Shown here: one piece after another, positions 7,151-17,530 of the stretch
How the letters are laid out: each line of letters starts with the position of its first letter
Position numbering within the stretch: the first letter of the stretch is position 1
Origin: Microcystaceae cyanobacterium
GTDB taxonomy: Bacteria; Cyanobacteriota; Cyanobacteriia; Cyanobacteriales; Microcystaceae
DNA: 34,430 nucleotides
Reading direction: 5' to 3'
NCBI GenBank assembly: GCA_041746575.1
Contig: JBGTGT010000037.1
Location: 1 to 34,430 of the forward strand
The notes under the pieces: model-generated
Told to the model about the DNA's origin: nothing
Seen by the model: the letters and a program-made list of their open reading frames with translations, nothing else
Database searches by the model: none
Program-made: the position numbers and the translations under genes

Positions 7151-9148
7151 ATGAATATCCGAGAAATCCACTACTTAGAAGTCCCGACCCCTGATACGGC
7201 GAGCATTATTGCTTGGTTACAGCAGGTGTGGCAACCCTCAATCGGACATAAGACTAACACAGTCCAAGGGATTCGGTGGCGAAATGCTTACAATCCTTCA
7301 CAATTTGCTAAATCGGAACTTTCGGTCTTTGTTTGGTCAATTCAACGTACTACTTATCTTAAAATCTTTCGGTGGGGCGAGCAAGCAATTCCCCAAGAAA
7401 AAGCGATCATTACAGAATTAACCTCAGCAATTCAAAAACGGTTTCCGCTTCAGTATCCTGAACCACCTGAGATTGATTTAACACGGCAATCTATCTTTGA
7501 CGCATTAGAACCCTATTATCCTCAAACAGTTCATTTTTTTCGCAAATTTCCCCAAGGAGACTTTGATCTTCGGCGGGTTTATTGGTGGGAAAAACGCTGG
7601 CGTGAGAGTGTGAGAAAACCTCAGCAACCTAAACAGGTGATTTTTGCGGCGGATCCCTTAACGGAAGGAAATACTCTAGAATATGACTTAATTTATATTG
7701 GTGGGGCTTTAGGGGCAATTCACAGTGCTGTCATGGCGCGTTTAGGGTATCGGGTGTTATTAGTAGAACGCTTACCCTTTGGACGAATGAATCGGGAATG
7801 GAATATTTCACGGGATGAATTTCAGCGTCTGATTGAGTTAGGGCTGTTCACACACGAAGAATTTGAGAGATTCATTGCCAAAGAATATAAAGACGGCTTT
7901 AATAAGTTTTTTGATGGGAATAATCCCCCTCACCTTAAGGCGGACGTTCTTCATACCCCAAAAGTTCTCAATATTGCCCTTGATTCAACGAAATTACTGC
8001 AAGCGTGCGGAGAAAAGCTAAAAGCAGCTGGGGGTGAAATTTGGGATGAAACGGAGTTTGTTCGTGCCGATATCAGTGAAAACCAAGTAACCGTTCACTT
8101 GGTTCAATTAAGTAATAATATGCTGAAACAAGCAACAGGACGTTTACTGATAGATGCGATGGGGACAGCTTCACCGATTGCTTGGCAGTTAAACGGTCAA
8201 AAAACTTTCGATAGCGTGTGTCCGACGGTGGGGGCAGTGATTGAAGGAATAGATGATGTCGTTTGGGATCGTCAGTATGGCGATGTTTTAAACTCCCACG
8301 GTGACATTTCCAAGGGAAGACAGTTGATTTGGGAGTTATTTCCGGGAGCAGGACAAGAATTGACTTTTTATCTTTTCCATTATCATGAAGTGCATCCTGA
8401 TAATCCGGGGTCTTTATTGGAAATGTACGAGGATTTCTTTCAGATTTTGCCTGAATACCGTCGCTGTGACTTGGAACAATTGACGTGGAAAAAAGCAACC
8501 TTTGGGTATATCCCCGGACACTTTAGCTTAGGAAAAAGCGATCGCCAAGTGGCCTTTGATCGTCTCTTAGCCATTGGGGATGCAGCTTCTTTACAATCTC
8601 CCTTAATTTTTACGGGATTTGGCTCATTAGTACGAAATTTGCGCCGTTTGACTCATTTGCTCGATACGGCTTTAAAACATGATTTACTCAAAGCAGGGAA
8701 CTTAAAGGATATTCGAGCTTATCAAAGCAATGTTGCGGTGACATGGCTTTTTTCTAAAGGAATGATGGTACCAACGGGACAAAACTTACCCCCACAAAGG
8801 GTTAATACCATGTTAAACACCTTTTTTGGATTACTGGCTGATTCCCCACCAGCAGTAGCCGACACCTTTATTAAGGATCGCACCACTTGGATGATGTTTA
8901 GTCGCTTGGCATTAAAGGCGGCTCGAAAAAATCCCCAATTATTGATCTGGATTTGGCAAATGGCAGGAATTGAAGACTTAATGAAGTGGCTTGCAGTTTA
9001 TCTGGAGTTTACCCTTGATTCGGTGATGAATGGTCTATTTTCTCCTTGGTTTCCCCAATGGTTGAAACAAGCGCAACCTTGGTTAGAAGAAAAATTCCCA
9101 GCGTTATGGTTGCGATTACTCAGTTTTCGTTACTATTTGCAAGGTTGA
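7151..9148 (+). CDS. cruA: CruA-type lycopene cyclase (FAD-dependent)
   Basis: YDLIYIGGALG FAD motif, REWNIS, DAMGTASPI and IGDAASLQSPL. The 665-aa length with an N-terminal extension fits CruA rather than CruP. Confidence 0.8.
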   Translation: MNIREIHYLEVPTPDTASIIAWLQQVWQPSIGHKTNTVQGIRWRNAYNPSQFAKSELSVFVWSIQRTTYLKIFRWGEQAIPQEKAIITELTSAIQKRFPLQYPEPPEIDLTRQSIFDALEPYYPQTVHFFRKFPQGDFDLRRVYWWEKRWRESVRKPQQPKQVIFAADPLTEGNTLEYDLIYIGGALGAIHSAVMARLGYRVLLVERLPFGRMNREWNISRDEFQRLIELGLFTHEEFERFIAKEYKDGFNKFFDGNNPPHLKADVLHTPKVLNIALDSTKLLQACGEKLKAAGGEIWDETEFVRADISENQVTVHLVQLSNNMLKQATGRLLIDAMGTASPIAWQLNGQKTFDSVCPTVGAVIEGIDDVVWDRQYGDVLNSHGDISKGRQLIWELFPGAGQELTFYLFHYHEVHPDNPGSLLEMYEDFFQILPEYRRCDLEQLTWKKATFGYIPGHFSLGKSDRQVAFDRLLAIGDAASLQSPLIFTGFGSLVRNLRRLTHLLDTALKHDLLKAGNLKDIRAYQSNVAVTWLFSKGMMVPTGQNLPPQRVNTMLNTFFGLLADSPPAVADTFIKDRTTWMMFSRLALKAARKNPQLLIWIWQMAGIEDLMKWLAVYLEFTLDSVMNGLFSPWFPQWLKQAQPWLEEKFPALWLRLLSFRYYLQG

Positions 9149-9405
9149 CTCTCTGTATAGAACGATATTTGCTAATATTAAAGTAGAGAAGCTTAAACAG
9201 AAAAAGAACATTATTTTCTGCAAATCCTAGCCTTTATCCCCTTGTTCCCATTTACCTCTATTTTTGTAAAAAATTCAGCCGCTGGGCAGAAATGATTAGA
9301 AACTTGATACCTTTGCGTCTTTTGATTTCTCCAATTTGAAGGAGGATTGTGTTTACTGAGATTTGTTATTAATAGAGTAGTTATACTTAACGAAGGAGGC
9401 ACGCC

Positions 9406-9840
9406 ATGCAACGTGGTTTTTTACTAACCCTAGCAGTCGCTCCCATTATTTTATCTTCTCCGGTTTTCGCGGAAGATCCAGCTCATGTACAGAAATTAAG
9501 AGATACATACGCTTGTGTCGCTTGCGATCTTTCAAATGCGGATTTAAGCGGCGCGCATCTGACAGGTGCCGACCTTCGCCATGCTAATCTTAGGGGAGCC
9601 AATTTAAGCGACGCTAATCTTGAAGGGGCGGATCTATACGGCGCAAACCTACAAGGGGCGAACTTAACGGATGCTTTCGTCACCAATGCCAGTTTTAATC
9701 GAGCAAACCTCAATGAAGTCAATTTTACCCGCGCGATGATTTACGATGTGGATGTCACGGGGGCTTCGATGAAGGATTTAACGCTAATGAACGCACAAAT
9801 CTACAATACTGATATCAGTGTCGGCGGAGAAGCCCCATAA
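9406..9840 (+). CDS. Exported pentapeptide-repeat protein
   Basis: Signal peptide ending VFA, CxxC, A(D/N)Lxx repeats; RBS AAGGAGG. Confidence 0.92.
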   Translation: MQRGFLLTLAVAPIILSSPVFAEDPAHVQKLRDTYACVACDLSNADLSGAHLTGADLRHANLRGANLSDANLEGADLYGANLQGANLTDAFVTNASFNRANLNEVNFTRAMIYDVDVTGASMKDLTLMNAQIYNTDISVGGEAP

Positions 9841-9918
9841 TGATCGCGGTTTCGGGCGTTAACTATGGTAACTTAAATAGGCAGTCTCTTAACTGTTAAC
9901 GCTTGAAAATAATACGCA

Positions 9919-10758
9919 TTGTCTATGGAAGCCGTTTGGGAAACCGTTAAAACCTACGAAGATATCTTGTATCACAAATGGGATGGAATAGCGAAAATTA
10001 CGATTAATCGCCCTCATAAGCGCAATGCTTTTCGCCCTCAAACGGTCTTTGAACTCTATGATGCGTTTTGTGAAGCGCGTGAAGATCCACACATTGGTGT
10101 AATCTTATTAACGGGGGCGGGACCCCATACAGATGGTAAGTATGCCTTCTGTGCGGGAGGCGATCAAAGTATTCGGGGCAAGGCAGGTTATATTGACAAT
10201 AAAGGTGTCCCTCGTCTCAATGTCTTGGACTTACAACGGCTGATTCGTTCTATGCCTAAAGTCGTTATTGCATTAGTAGCAGGTTATGCTATTGGTGGCG
10301 GCCATGTATTGCATATTATTTGTGATCTAACCATCGCGGCAGATAATGCAATTTTTGGGCAAACCGGACCAAAAGTAGGTAGTTTTGATGGGGGTTTTGG
10401 CTCTAGTTATTTGGCGCGGATTGTGGGACAAAAAAAAGCCCGCGAAATTTGGTTTTTGTGCCGTCAATATTCTGCCCAAGAAGCGTTAGAGATGGGGTTA
10501 GTGAACTGTGTTGTTCCTATAGCAAAGTTAGAGGCTGAAGGGATACAATGGGCGCAAGAAATTTTACAGAAAAGTCCTTTAGCGATTCGCTGCTTAAAGT
10601 CAGCTTTTAATGCAGACTGCGATGGTCAAGCTGGGCTACAAGAATTAGCAGGAAATGCCACATTACTTTATTATATGACTGAGGAAGGGACAGAAGGAAA
10701 ACAAGCCTTTTTGGAGAAAAGAAATCCTGATTTTCGTCACTATCCTTGGCTACCCTGA
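9919..10758 (+). CDS. menB: 1,4-dihydroxy-2-naphthoyl-CoA synthase (start may be ATG 9925)
   Basis: Motifs [27 protein letters not shown] and [13 protein letters not shown]. Confidence 0.97.
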   Translation: MSMEAVWETVKTYEDILYHKWDGIAKITINRPHKRNAFRPQTVFELYDAFCEAREDPHIGVILLTGAGPHTDGKYAFCAGGDQSIRGKAGYIDNKGVPRLNVLDLQRLIRSMPKVVIALVAGYAIGGGHVLHIICDLTIAADNAIFGQTGPKVGSFDGGFGSSYLARIVGQKKAREIWFLCRQYSAQEALEMGLVNCVVPIAKLEAEGIQWAQEILQKSPLAIRCLKSAFNADCDGQAGLQELAGNATLLYYMTEEGTEGKQAFLEKRNPDFRHYPWLP

Positions 10759-10783
10759 TAGGCTATTCAGTAACCCGTAATTC

Positions 10784-11896
10784 TTAATGCAACATATCGG
10801 CAGTTTCTGGAGAAGAGGCTAATTCTGCTAGTTGTTCTTGCTGATCTTGGGTAATACAGGATTGTATCATCTCATCAATATCTCCTTCCAATACCCCTAT
10901 TAAAACGAAATTTTGACCTAAACGATGATCCGTTACTCGGTTATCTTTGTAATTATAGGTGCGAATTTTCTCTGAGCGCGCTCCCGTACCCACTTGCGAT
11001 CGCCGCAAAGAACTGACGGCCTCCTGTTGTTCGCGCAGTTTAATTTCGTATAATTTCGCGCGTAAAATTTGCATAGCGCGTTCTCGGTTTTGTAATTGAG
11101 AGCGTTCCTCGGTGCAGAAAATACGAATTCCTGTCGGTTTGTGCATTAAATCGACGGCGGTCTCCACTTTATTGACATTTTGTCCTCCTGCTCCCCCCGA
11201 ACGGGCGGTGGTCATCTCAATGTCTTTGGGATCAATTTGAATTTCCACATCATCAACTTCCGGCATGATGGCGACAGTCGCTGTTGAAGTATGCACCCTC
11301 CCCCCCGCTTCGGTGACGGGAACTCGTTGCACTCGATGGACTCCCGCTTCATATTTCAGCTTACTATAGACGCTTTCGCCTTTGATTTCCAAAATTGCCT
11401 CTTTAAATCCGCCCATCTCTGCTAGGGATTCGCTGACCAATTTTACGGTCCATTTTTGCGATTCAGCGTATTTTGAGTACATCCGCAGTAAATCACCCGC
11501 CCAAATACCGGCTTCGTCTCCTCCTGTTCCCGCCCGAATTTCGAGCATAATATTCTTATCGTCGTTTGGATCTGTAGGTAGCAGGAGAATGGTGAGTTTT
11601 TTTTCTAATTCTTGGTTTTTTTCTTCGAGTTCTGTCACCTCCGAGGTGGCCATTTCACGCATTTCAGGCTCATTAGCGGCTTCTTTGAGGATTTGCTTGG
11701 CGCCGTGGAGATCTTCCTTGTTTTTTTGCCAAATATAGTAAGTATTGACGGTTTCTTCTAAAGATGAACGAGCTTTTGCTACCCGTTGCAATTCATCGGG
11801 GTTTGTGGCAATATCAGGATCAGCCAAACGACGGGTTAATTCGTTATAAGTTTGTTCAACGGATTGAAGTTTTTCTAATAGATATGCTTCAGCCAT
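10784..11896 (-). CDS. prfA: Peptide chain release factor 1
   Basis: PVT recognition motif (QRVPVTE) and GGQ motif. Confidence 0.97.
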   Translation of the reverse strand: MAEAYLLEKLQSVEQTYNELTRRLADPDIATNPDELQRVAKARSSLEETVNTYYIWQKNKEDLHGAKQILKEAANEPEMREMATSEVTELEEKNQELEKKLTILLLPTDPNDDKNIMLEIRAGTGGDEAGIWAGDLLRMYSKYAESQKWTVKLVSESLAEMGGFKEAILEIKGESVYSKLKYEAGVHRVQRVPVTEAGGRVHTSTATVAIMPEVDDVEIQIDPKDIEMTTARSGGAGGQNVNKVETAVDLMHKPTGIRIFCTEERSQLQNRERAMQILRAKLYEIKLREQQEAVSSLRRSQVGTGARSEKIRTYNYKDNRVTDHRLGQNFVLIGVLEGDIDEMIQSCITQDQQEQLAELASSPETADMLH

Positions 11897-11999
11897 AAAA
11901 TTTCTCGCTTTATTTATCTATATTATCTCTAATTCTATAATAACCTTTTTTTTCAGCATTTTTGAATCAATTTTTTTATCGTTTACCTTTTTTCTTTTT

Positions 12000-12626
12000 A
12001 TGCCATTACCCGAAGATTTTAGAAAGGTTGCACCTGCAACGCAACGAAATCGTCAGCCTATTTTAGGGGTCTTACGAAACGGTTTGAATCAAAAGGGAAA
12101 TATTTTAGAAATTGCCAGTGGCACGGGGGAACACGCTGTTTTTTTTGCCCCCCACTTCCCCAATAGTCTTTGGTTTCCCTCGGATAAAGATGAAACTTTA
12201 CTCCGTAGTATTAGGGCATGGCAATGCTTTCAGCCAAAGGAGAATTTACAATCTCCTCGACAAATTAATGTCGCGGATGAACAATGGTGGCGAGACTTAG
12301 CGGACTTAAATATTACCAGCATTATTAACATCAATATGATTCATATTAGTCCTTGGTCTGCTTGTTTAGGATTGATCAAAGGAGCCGGTGAATTATTACC
12401 GAAGCAGGGCGTTTTATATCTTTATGGAGCTTATAAAGAAAAGGGAAAAGTGATGGCTTTGAGCAACCAATCTTTTGATCAATCTTTACGTTTACAAAAT
12501 TCAGAGTGGGGAATCCGCAGTCTAGAAGATGTGACTAATATTGCTCAAGAAAATCGTTTAGAACGACAGGCAATTGTGGAAATGCCGGCTAATAATTTAT
12601 CAGTCATTTTTCAAAAAATAGGGTAA
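12000..12626 (+). CDS. DUF938-family SAM-dependent methyltransferase
   Basis: Motifs APATQRN, LEIASGTGEH, NMIHISPW and EMPANNL. Confidence 0.9.
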   Translation: MPLPEDFRKVAPATQRNRQPILGVLRNGLNQKGNILEIASGTGEHAVFFAPHFPNSLWFPSDKDETLLRSIRAWQCFQPKENLQSPRQINVADEQWWRDLADLNITSIININMIHISPWSACLGLIKGAGELLPKQGVLYLYGAYKEKGKVMALSNQSFDQSLRLQNSEWGIRSLEDVTNIAQENRLERQAIVEMPANNLSVIFQKIG

Positions 12627-12627
12627 T

Positions 12628-13503
12628 TTATAGATTAAACAAACCCACGACTCGAAAGCCAATATCATACAACGAGCCGTCTGCCTCTAATTTACCGCGA
12701 TAGGCACTACGACACTTATGAGGGCCACCATTCCAAGATCCCCCCCTTAAAATTCGTTTACTGGGATGACCGCCGTCTAACCAAGGACGATCATGATTGG
12801 GTGCATTTTGATAATTGAGATGCCAAGGATCTGCACACCATTCTCGCACATTTCCGTGCATATCTGACAATCCAAAGGCATTTTTGACAGAAAAATAGTC
12901 AATAGGTGTTGTTTCTCGCCTATCTTCTCCCGTCTTTCCCTTACCGTATCCTCCCCTACTACAAACCTTACCTAGATACTCCCAATCCACGCCCGAATAA
13001 TTGGCTAAATCAGTGGAGAGGGTTTGACCAAAATGAAAGGGAGTGGTGGCATTGGCACGACAGGCATATTCCCACTGCGCTTCACTGGGCAATTGATAGG
13101 TTTTTCCTGTTAATTGCGATAGTCTAGCACAGAATTCTTTGGCATCCTCCCAAGAAACTTGCTCAACAGGACGGTTAGGTTCAACAAAGTTAGCGGGAGT
13201 GGGAGCAAGATAGCAGTCAATTGGGGGTAATTTTGCTACTTTTTTCCACTGTGCTTGGGTAATAGGATAAACACTCATCCAAAATGGGGAAATATGCACA
13301 GAATGTTGCGGACTTTGTGATCGCAGATATCCTTCTTCGGATTCCGGTGAACCCATCAGAAAATCCCCTTCAGGTATCACTACCAAATCTAAATAAACGT
13401 TTTCTGCCAATTTTTCTGGATAATGAGGAGCAGAATGCTTCTGACGTTTAACGATTTCTCCTTCTTCGTTCACACATACGACTTCAAATTCTAGTTGAGA
13501 CAT
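12628..13503 (-). CDS. Stand-alone FGE-sulfatase (SUMF1) domain protein
   Basis: Motifs FLMGSP, LPSEAQWEYACRA, DMHGNVREWC, RGGSW and GFRVV. Confidence 0.92.
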   Translation of the reverse strand: MSQLEFEVVCVNEEGEIVKRQKHSAPHYPEKLAENVYLDLVVIPEGDFLMGSPESEEGYLRSQSPQHSVHISPFWMSVYPITQAQWKKVAKLPPIDCYLAPTPANFVEPNRPVEQVSWEDAKEFCARLSQLTGKTYQLPSEAQWEYACRANATTPFHFGQTLSTDLANYSGVDWEYLGKVCSRGGYGKGKTGEDRRETTPIDYFSVKNAFGLSDMHGNVREWCADPWHLNYQNAPNHDRPWLDGGHPSKRILRGGSWNGGPHKCRSAYRGKLEADGSLYDIGFRVVGLFNL

Positions 13504-13680
13504 ACAGAGGAGCAGGGTAAAGCAATGGCGTTTACCCCCTTATCATACGTTTAATGAGTGACGAATCATCAATTTTTTGGCGATAAGTCATCCCTAGCTT
13601 GACTTTTTAACCTTTATTTAATGATTGATGATTGATAAACTTTGCTGGGAATTCTCTTTTTTGAAACCAAAGTGTCTTTT

Positions 13681-13917
13681 CTACTTATTCATAACGACGG
13701 CTGTTTTTGCGGAAATGTGAGACGTGAGAACCGATTTTTCGTATTGTTGATGCGTCACCCATCCTGTTCCTTGACAAAGATGACAATTCACCATTTCGAC
13801 TTCGCTATCGAACGATAATTTTCCCATTCCTTCGCAGTAAGGACAGAGAAGTTTTTCTTGATCCCAATATTTTGCCAAAAAATGTTCGTCCGTAATATAA
13901 CTAAAATCTTCGTACAT
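13681..13917 (-). CDS. Small DnaJ-type zinc-finger protein
   Basis: CPYCEGMG and CHLCQGTG (two CxxCxGxG); RBS GAGG. Confidence 0.65.
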   Translation of the reverse strand: MYEDFSYITDEHFLAKYWDQEKLLCPYCEGMGKLSFDSEVEMVNCHLCQGTGWVTHQQYEKSVLTSHISAKTAVVMNK

Positions 13918-14242
13918 TGTTTTTACCTCTTAATCTTGTGATGCTATAGAAAAAATTAAACAAACTAAGCTGTTAAGATTCTTGCTAGAATTCTCCTAAA
14001 TCGGTCAAGATATAAATGGTGTACTTCTTTCGGTACATAAGATAACTTGCCCTTTTTCTAGCTAAGATATCTTCATTATCCAGTGTAAAAGTAAAGATCC
14101 ACTCAAGTTAGTGACTGTGATAAATCTTTACTCGGTGGTCGCTTTGAGTTTGCTTATCATTATAAACTTTGACCCAAGGGTGTTTCATCTGTCTAATGCA
14201 AGAGTTTATCTTGGTCGCAATATTTTCTTTGCAAAAATGCTT

Positions 14243-14683
14243 TTAATCACAGCGAATTTCTAAAAGAAATCCATCGGGATCATAAAAATAAATGCCTCTT
14301 CCTGTTGGACGTTTAATAGGTCCATGATCAATATTAACGTGATGTTGTTTTAAGATTTTAACAGCGTCATCAAATTGAGTGGAATCAATATCAAAAGCTA
14401 AATGATTGGCACGGGTAAATTGTTTTTGGGGATCAGGATTGGGGGGAAGTAAATCGGGTTCAGCGAATAAATCAATGACTGTTCCATCTGGCAGTTTGAA
14501 ATTAGCGACTTTTCCGTTTTGAACCAGCTTTTTCAGCGTTTCTGGAATTTCTTCTCCTGTTAATTCATGAAGTCCTAAAATTTGTCCATAAAAATAGCGA
14601 GAAGTGTCCATGTCTTTGACATTGAAAGCGATGTGATGGATACGGCGTAATGTGCCTTGATTTAGCGTTAAATTTTGTGTCAT
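14243..14683 (-). CDS. VOC/glyoxalase family protein
   Basis: Motifs IHHIAFNV, FYGQILGL, HLAF and YFYDPDGFLLEI. Confidence 0.9.
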   Translation of the reverse strand: MTQNLTLNQGTLRRIHHIAFNVKDMDTSRYFYGQILGLHELTGEEIPETLKKLVQNGKVANFKLPDGTVIDLFAEPDLLPPNPDPQKQFTRANHLAFDIDSTQFDDAVKILKQHHVNIDHGPIKRPTGRGIYFYDPDGFLLEIRCD

Positions 14684-14694
14684 GACGATTATAG

Positions 14695-14999
14695 ATGAAA
14701 GAAAAATTAGTAATAGGGAAGATTTTATTCTTTATCCTATTTTAGTCATTGAAATAGGATTTCTATCAACAGAGGCATTCAATAGAGGCGAAAAAGTTGT
14801 GAGCGATTAAGCTTGTCCGACTTTACTAGAATATGTTCTGATTCATCAAGCGCAACTAAAAATTGAATGCTATCGTCAGAAAGTAACAGAAATTTGGACA
14901 GAAGAAATCTACGAAAAAGATGATTAAGTGACTTTTAAAAGTATTAGCTACGAGGGATTAATGGAAGAAATTTATCCTAGAGTTTTGAGTATTAAATAA
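14695..14999 (+). pseudogene. Uma2-family endonuclease remnant (C-terminal part, two in-frame stops)
   Basis: Reads DER...FILYPILVIEIGFLSTEAFNRGEKVVSD*ACPTLLEYVLIHQ...IECYRQ...DD*VTF...EEIY, resembling the Uma2 pattern PxLIVEVLSPST..DRG.K...LQEYVL. Confidence 0.75.
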
Positions 15000-15067
15000 T
15001 TTGAACGTTAATGGTATGATGCAAATAAGCCCTAAGCTAACCTCTTTTTTTCTGAGATTCGTTTTAA

Positions 15068-16258
15068 ATGACTGCTGATTCTGTTCGTAATCTTTACAAT
15101 ACTTATCCTTTTCCCCCTGAACCCCTGTTAGATGAACCCCCACCGGGATACAATTGGCGATGGAATTGGACAGCCGCCTACAATTTTTGTACGAATTATA
15201 AACCCAGTCGTCAAAAGATTCGCATTTTAGATGCGGGATGCGGTACAGGTGTAGGAACAGAGTATTTAATTCACTGGAATCCAGATGCAGAAATTGTAGG
15301 GATTGATATTAGTGAAAAAGCGTTAGAAATTGCTGAAAAACGCTGTAATCAATCGGGAGTGTCTCTAAAACACCCTTATCCTATCACATTTCGTCAGCTT
15401 AAACTTGAAGAGGCCTCTCAGTTAGCAGGAGAATTTGACTTAATTAACTGTGTAGGCGTGTTGCATCATTTGCCGAATCCGATACAAGGGATTCAATCGT
15501 TGGCACAAAAGTTAGCAAAGGGAGGAATTTTTCATATTTTTGTTTATGCAGAGTTAGGGAGACGGGAAATTCAATTAATGCAGGAGGCGATTTCGCTATT
15601 ACAAGGGGAAAAACAGGGAGACTATCGAGATGGCGTTTCAGTCGGTCGCCAATTGTTTCAAAATTTACCTCCCGATAATCGAATTGTACAGGAGGATAAA
15701 AAGCGATGGTCTTTAGAAAATCATCGGGATGAATCCTTTGCAGATATGTACGTTCATCCGCAAGAAACGGATTATAATATCAACACTTTGTTTGAGTTGA
15801 TTGATGCGTCAGGATTAGCGTTTTTAGGTTTTTCCAATCCCCAATACTGGCAGTTAAACCGCTTAATTGGTCAATCTTCGGAATTAATGGAACGAGCAGA
15901 GCAGTTATCGGAAAGAGAGTATTATCGTTTAATTGAATTGCTTGATCCTGAATTAACTCATTATGAGTTTTTCTTGGGTAAACTTCCCTTAAATCGGATA
16001 GATTGGTCGGAGGATGAATTATTGCTAAATGCTATTGCAGAACGTCATCCTTGTATGTTTGGATGGGAAAGTCAAAGTATTTTGGATTATGATTATCGTC
16101 CGGTGACGTTATCAGATGAAGAATTTGCTTTTATGAAAGCATGTAACGAGGGTAAAATGGTTAAGAAAATTTTAGAAAATGTCCATTGCAGTTTAGATAA
16201 TATTCGTTCTTTGCAACAACGACAGTTAATTCTCTTAACCTCTTCTGAACAAAGGTAA
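15068..16258 (+). CDS. Class I SAM-dependent methyltransferase
   Basis: Motifs ILDAGCGTG and FDLINCVGVLHHL. Confidence 0.9.
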   Translation: MTADSVRNLYNTYPFPPEPLLDEPPPGYNWRWNWTAAYNFCTNYKPSRQKIRILDAGCGTGVGTEYLIHWNPDAEIVGIDISEKALEIAEKRCNQSGVSLKHPYPITFRQLKLEEASQLAGEFDLINCVGVLHHLPNPIQGIQSLAQKLAKGGIFHIFVYAELGRREIQLMQEAISLLQGEKQGDYRDGVSVGRQLFQNLPPDNRIVQEDKKRWSLENHRDESFADMYVHPQETDYNINTLFELIDASGLAFLGFSNPQYWQLNRLIGQSSELMERAEQLSEREYYRLIELLDPELTHYEFFLGKLPLNRIDWSEDELLLNAIAERHPCMFGWESQSILDYDYRPVTLSDEEFAFMKACNEGKMVKKILENVHCSLDNIRSLQQRQLILLTSSEQR

Positions 16259-16396
16259 TCAGATCATTCAGCACCAAGTTAGACCTCTTGTAAAATTAGA
16301 AATTTAATTAGTTTCAGCAGAAAAAATATTAATATATCTTAACTATTGCTAAGAAGTTTATTGAATCAAAACTTGTTACTTTTTAGTTGTCAATTA

Positions 16397-17413
16397 TTAA
16401 TGACTATTGGTAATTTTACCTCGAAAAACTAAATAATTGTAGATATTGTAAGCCAATAAAATGGGAATCAAAAAACCGACAAACGTTAACATAAACACCA
16501 ATGAACTAGGGGCGGCCGCCGCTTCATAAATAGTGACACTGGGGGGAATAATTAGTGGAAAAACAACAAATCCTAAACCCACAAACGAGAGAACAAAAAT
16601 GAGAAATGTCCAAATTAAAGGAGTCGTATCTTCTCGTCGCCGCAGACTGCGCAAGAGTAACCCAATTAATAACAATCCTAATAAAGGAATTGCCCCAAAG
16701 ATATAGACAAGAGGGGGATTTAAAAGTTGCGATCGCAGTTGAATGGAAAAAATAGGCGTTGTTACCGTAATAAAGATAGCCCCGATTAGAGTAGTCCAAG
16801 TAGCAATCGTTGCCGTTTTATAGTGAATTTTCTGTAAATCTCCGGTTGTTTTGAGAATTAAGTAAGTTGAACCGATTAGAACGTATCCTTGAATAAGGGT
16901 AAGCGCAACGATAACAGAACGCCATGTCAACCAATCCCACATGCCCCCTGCAAAATGCCCCAATTCATCGACGGTAATGCCTTCAAAGATGCTGCCCAAG
17001 GCAAATCCTTGCCCCAACGCCGCCAAAAAGCTCCCTATCCCAAAGGTCAAATTCCAGATTAATTTTCGCTTGGAATTTTCCCGAAACTCAAAAGAAACTG
17101 CTCTGAAAATAAGCCCAACTATCATAATCACAGCAGGAAGGTAAAGAGCGTTTAAAATCGTTGCATAAGCCAACGGAAAAGCCCCAAAGAGTGACCCCCC
17201 CATTAAGACTAACCATGTTTCGTTGGCATCCCAAACGTTGCCTAAACTGGTCATTAAGAGACTACGACGTTCTTCGGTAGAAGCGGTCAGAGAGAGAATA
17301 CCAACGCCTAAATCAAAACCATCGAGCAAAACGTAGAGAAAAAGAAATAAGCCTAGAATAAAAAACCAAACTTGCGGTAAAAACTGTTGTAACGGTGCTA
17401 AGGCATCCATCAT
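16397..17413 (-). CDS. cydB: Cytochrome bd quinol oxidase subunit II
   Basis: Motifs LDGFDLGVG, VWDANETWL and RAVSFEFR. Start moved to ATG 17413 (or 17410), which has GAGG upstream. Confidence 0.93.
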   Translation of the reverse strand: MMDALAPLQQFLPQVWFFILGLFLFLYVLLDGFDLGVGILSLTASTEERRSLLMTSLGNVWDANETWLVLMGGSLFGAFPLAYATILNALYLPAVIMIVGLIFRAVSFEFRENSKRKLIWNLTFGIGSFLAALGQGFALGSIFEGITVDELGHFAGGMWDWLTWRSVIVALTLIQGYVLIGSTYLILKTTGDLQKIHYKTATIATWTTLIGAIFITVTTPIFSIQLRSQLLNPPLVYIFGAIPLLGLLLIGLLLRSLRRREDTTPLIWTFLIFVLSFVGLGFVVFPLIIPPSVTIYEAAAAPSSLVFMLTFVGFLIPILLAYNIYNYLVFRGKITNSH

Positions 17414-17530
17414 TGACCTCTTAAATAAAAAATAGAGAAGCTGAAATTCAGAAAAAAGAAGGATCAACATAAGAAGAAACACTTCGTTTGTCATTTTTCC
17501 TTCTTTGTTCAACGATATGATTCATTACTG

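Noticed and set aside
14021..14036. Palindrome GTA-N10-TAC upstream of the zinc-finger gene
   Set aside because: Wrong spacing for NtcA and no second instance.
16280..16360. Possible degenerate miniature element (tagacctcttgtaa ... ttgctaagaagttta)
   Set aside because: The ends pair only with mismatches and an indel, and no clear target duplication is visible.
17414..17512. N-terminal extension of cydB in the ORF track
   Set aside because: Family similarity and an RBS point to ATG 17413/17410.
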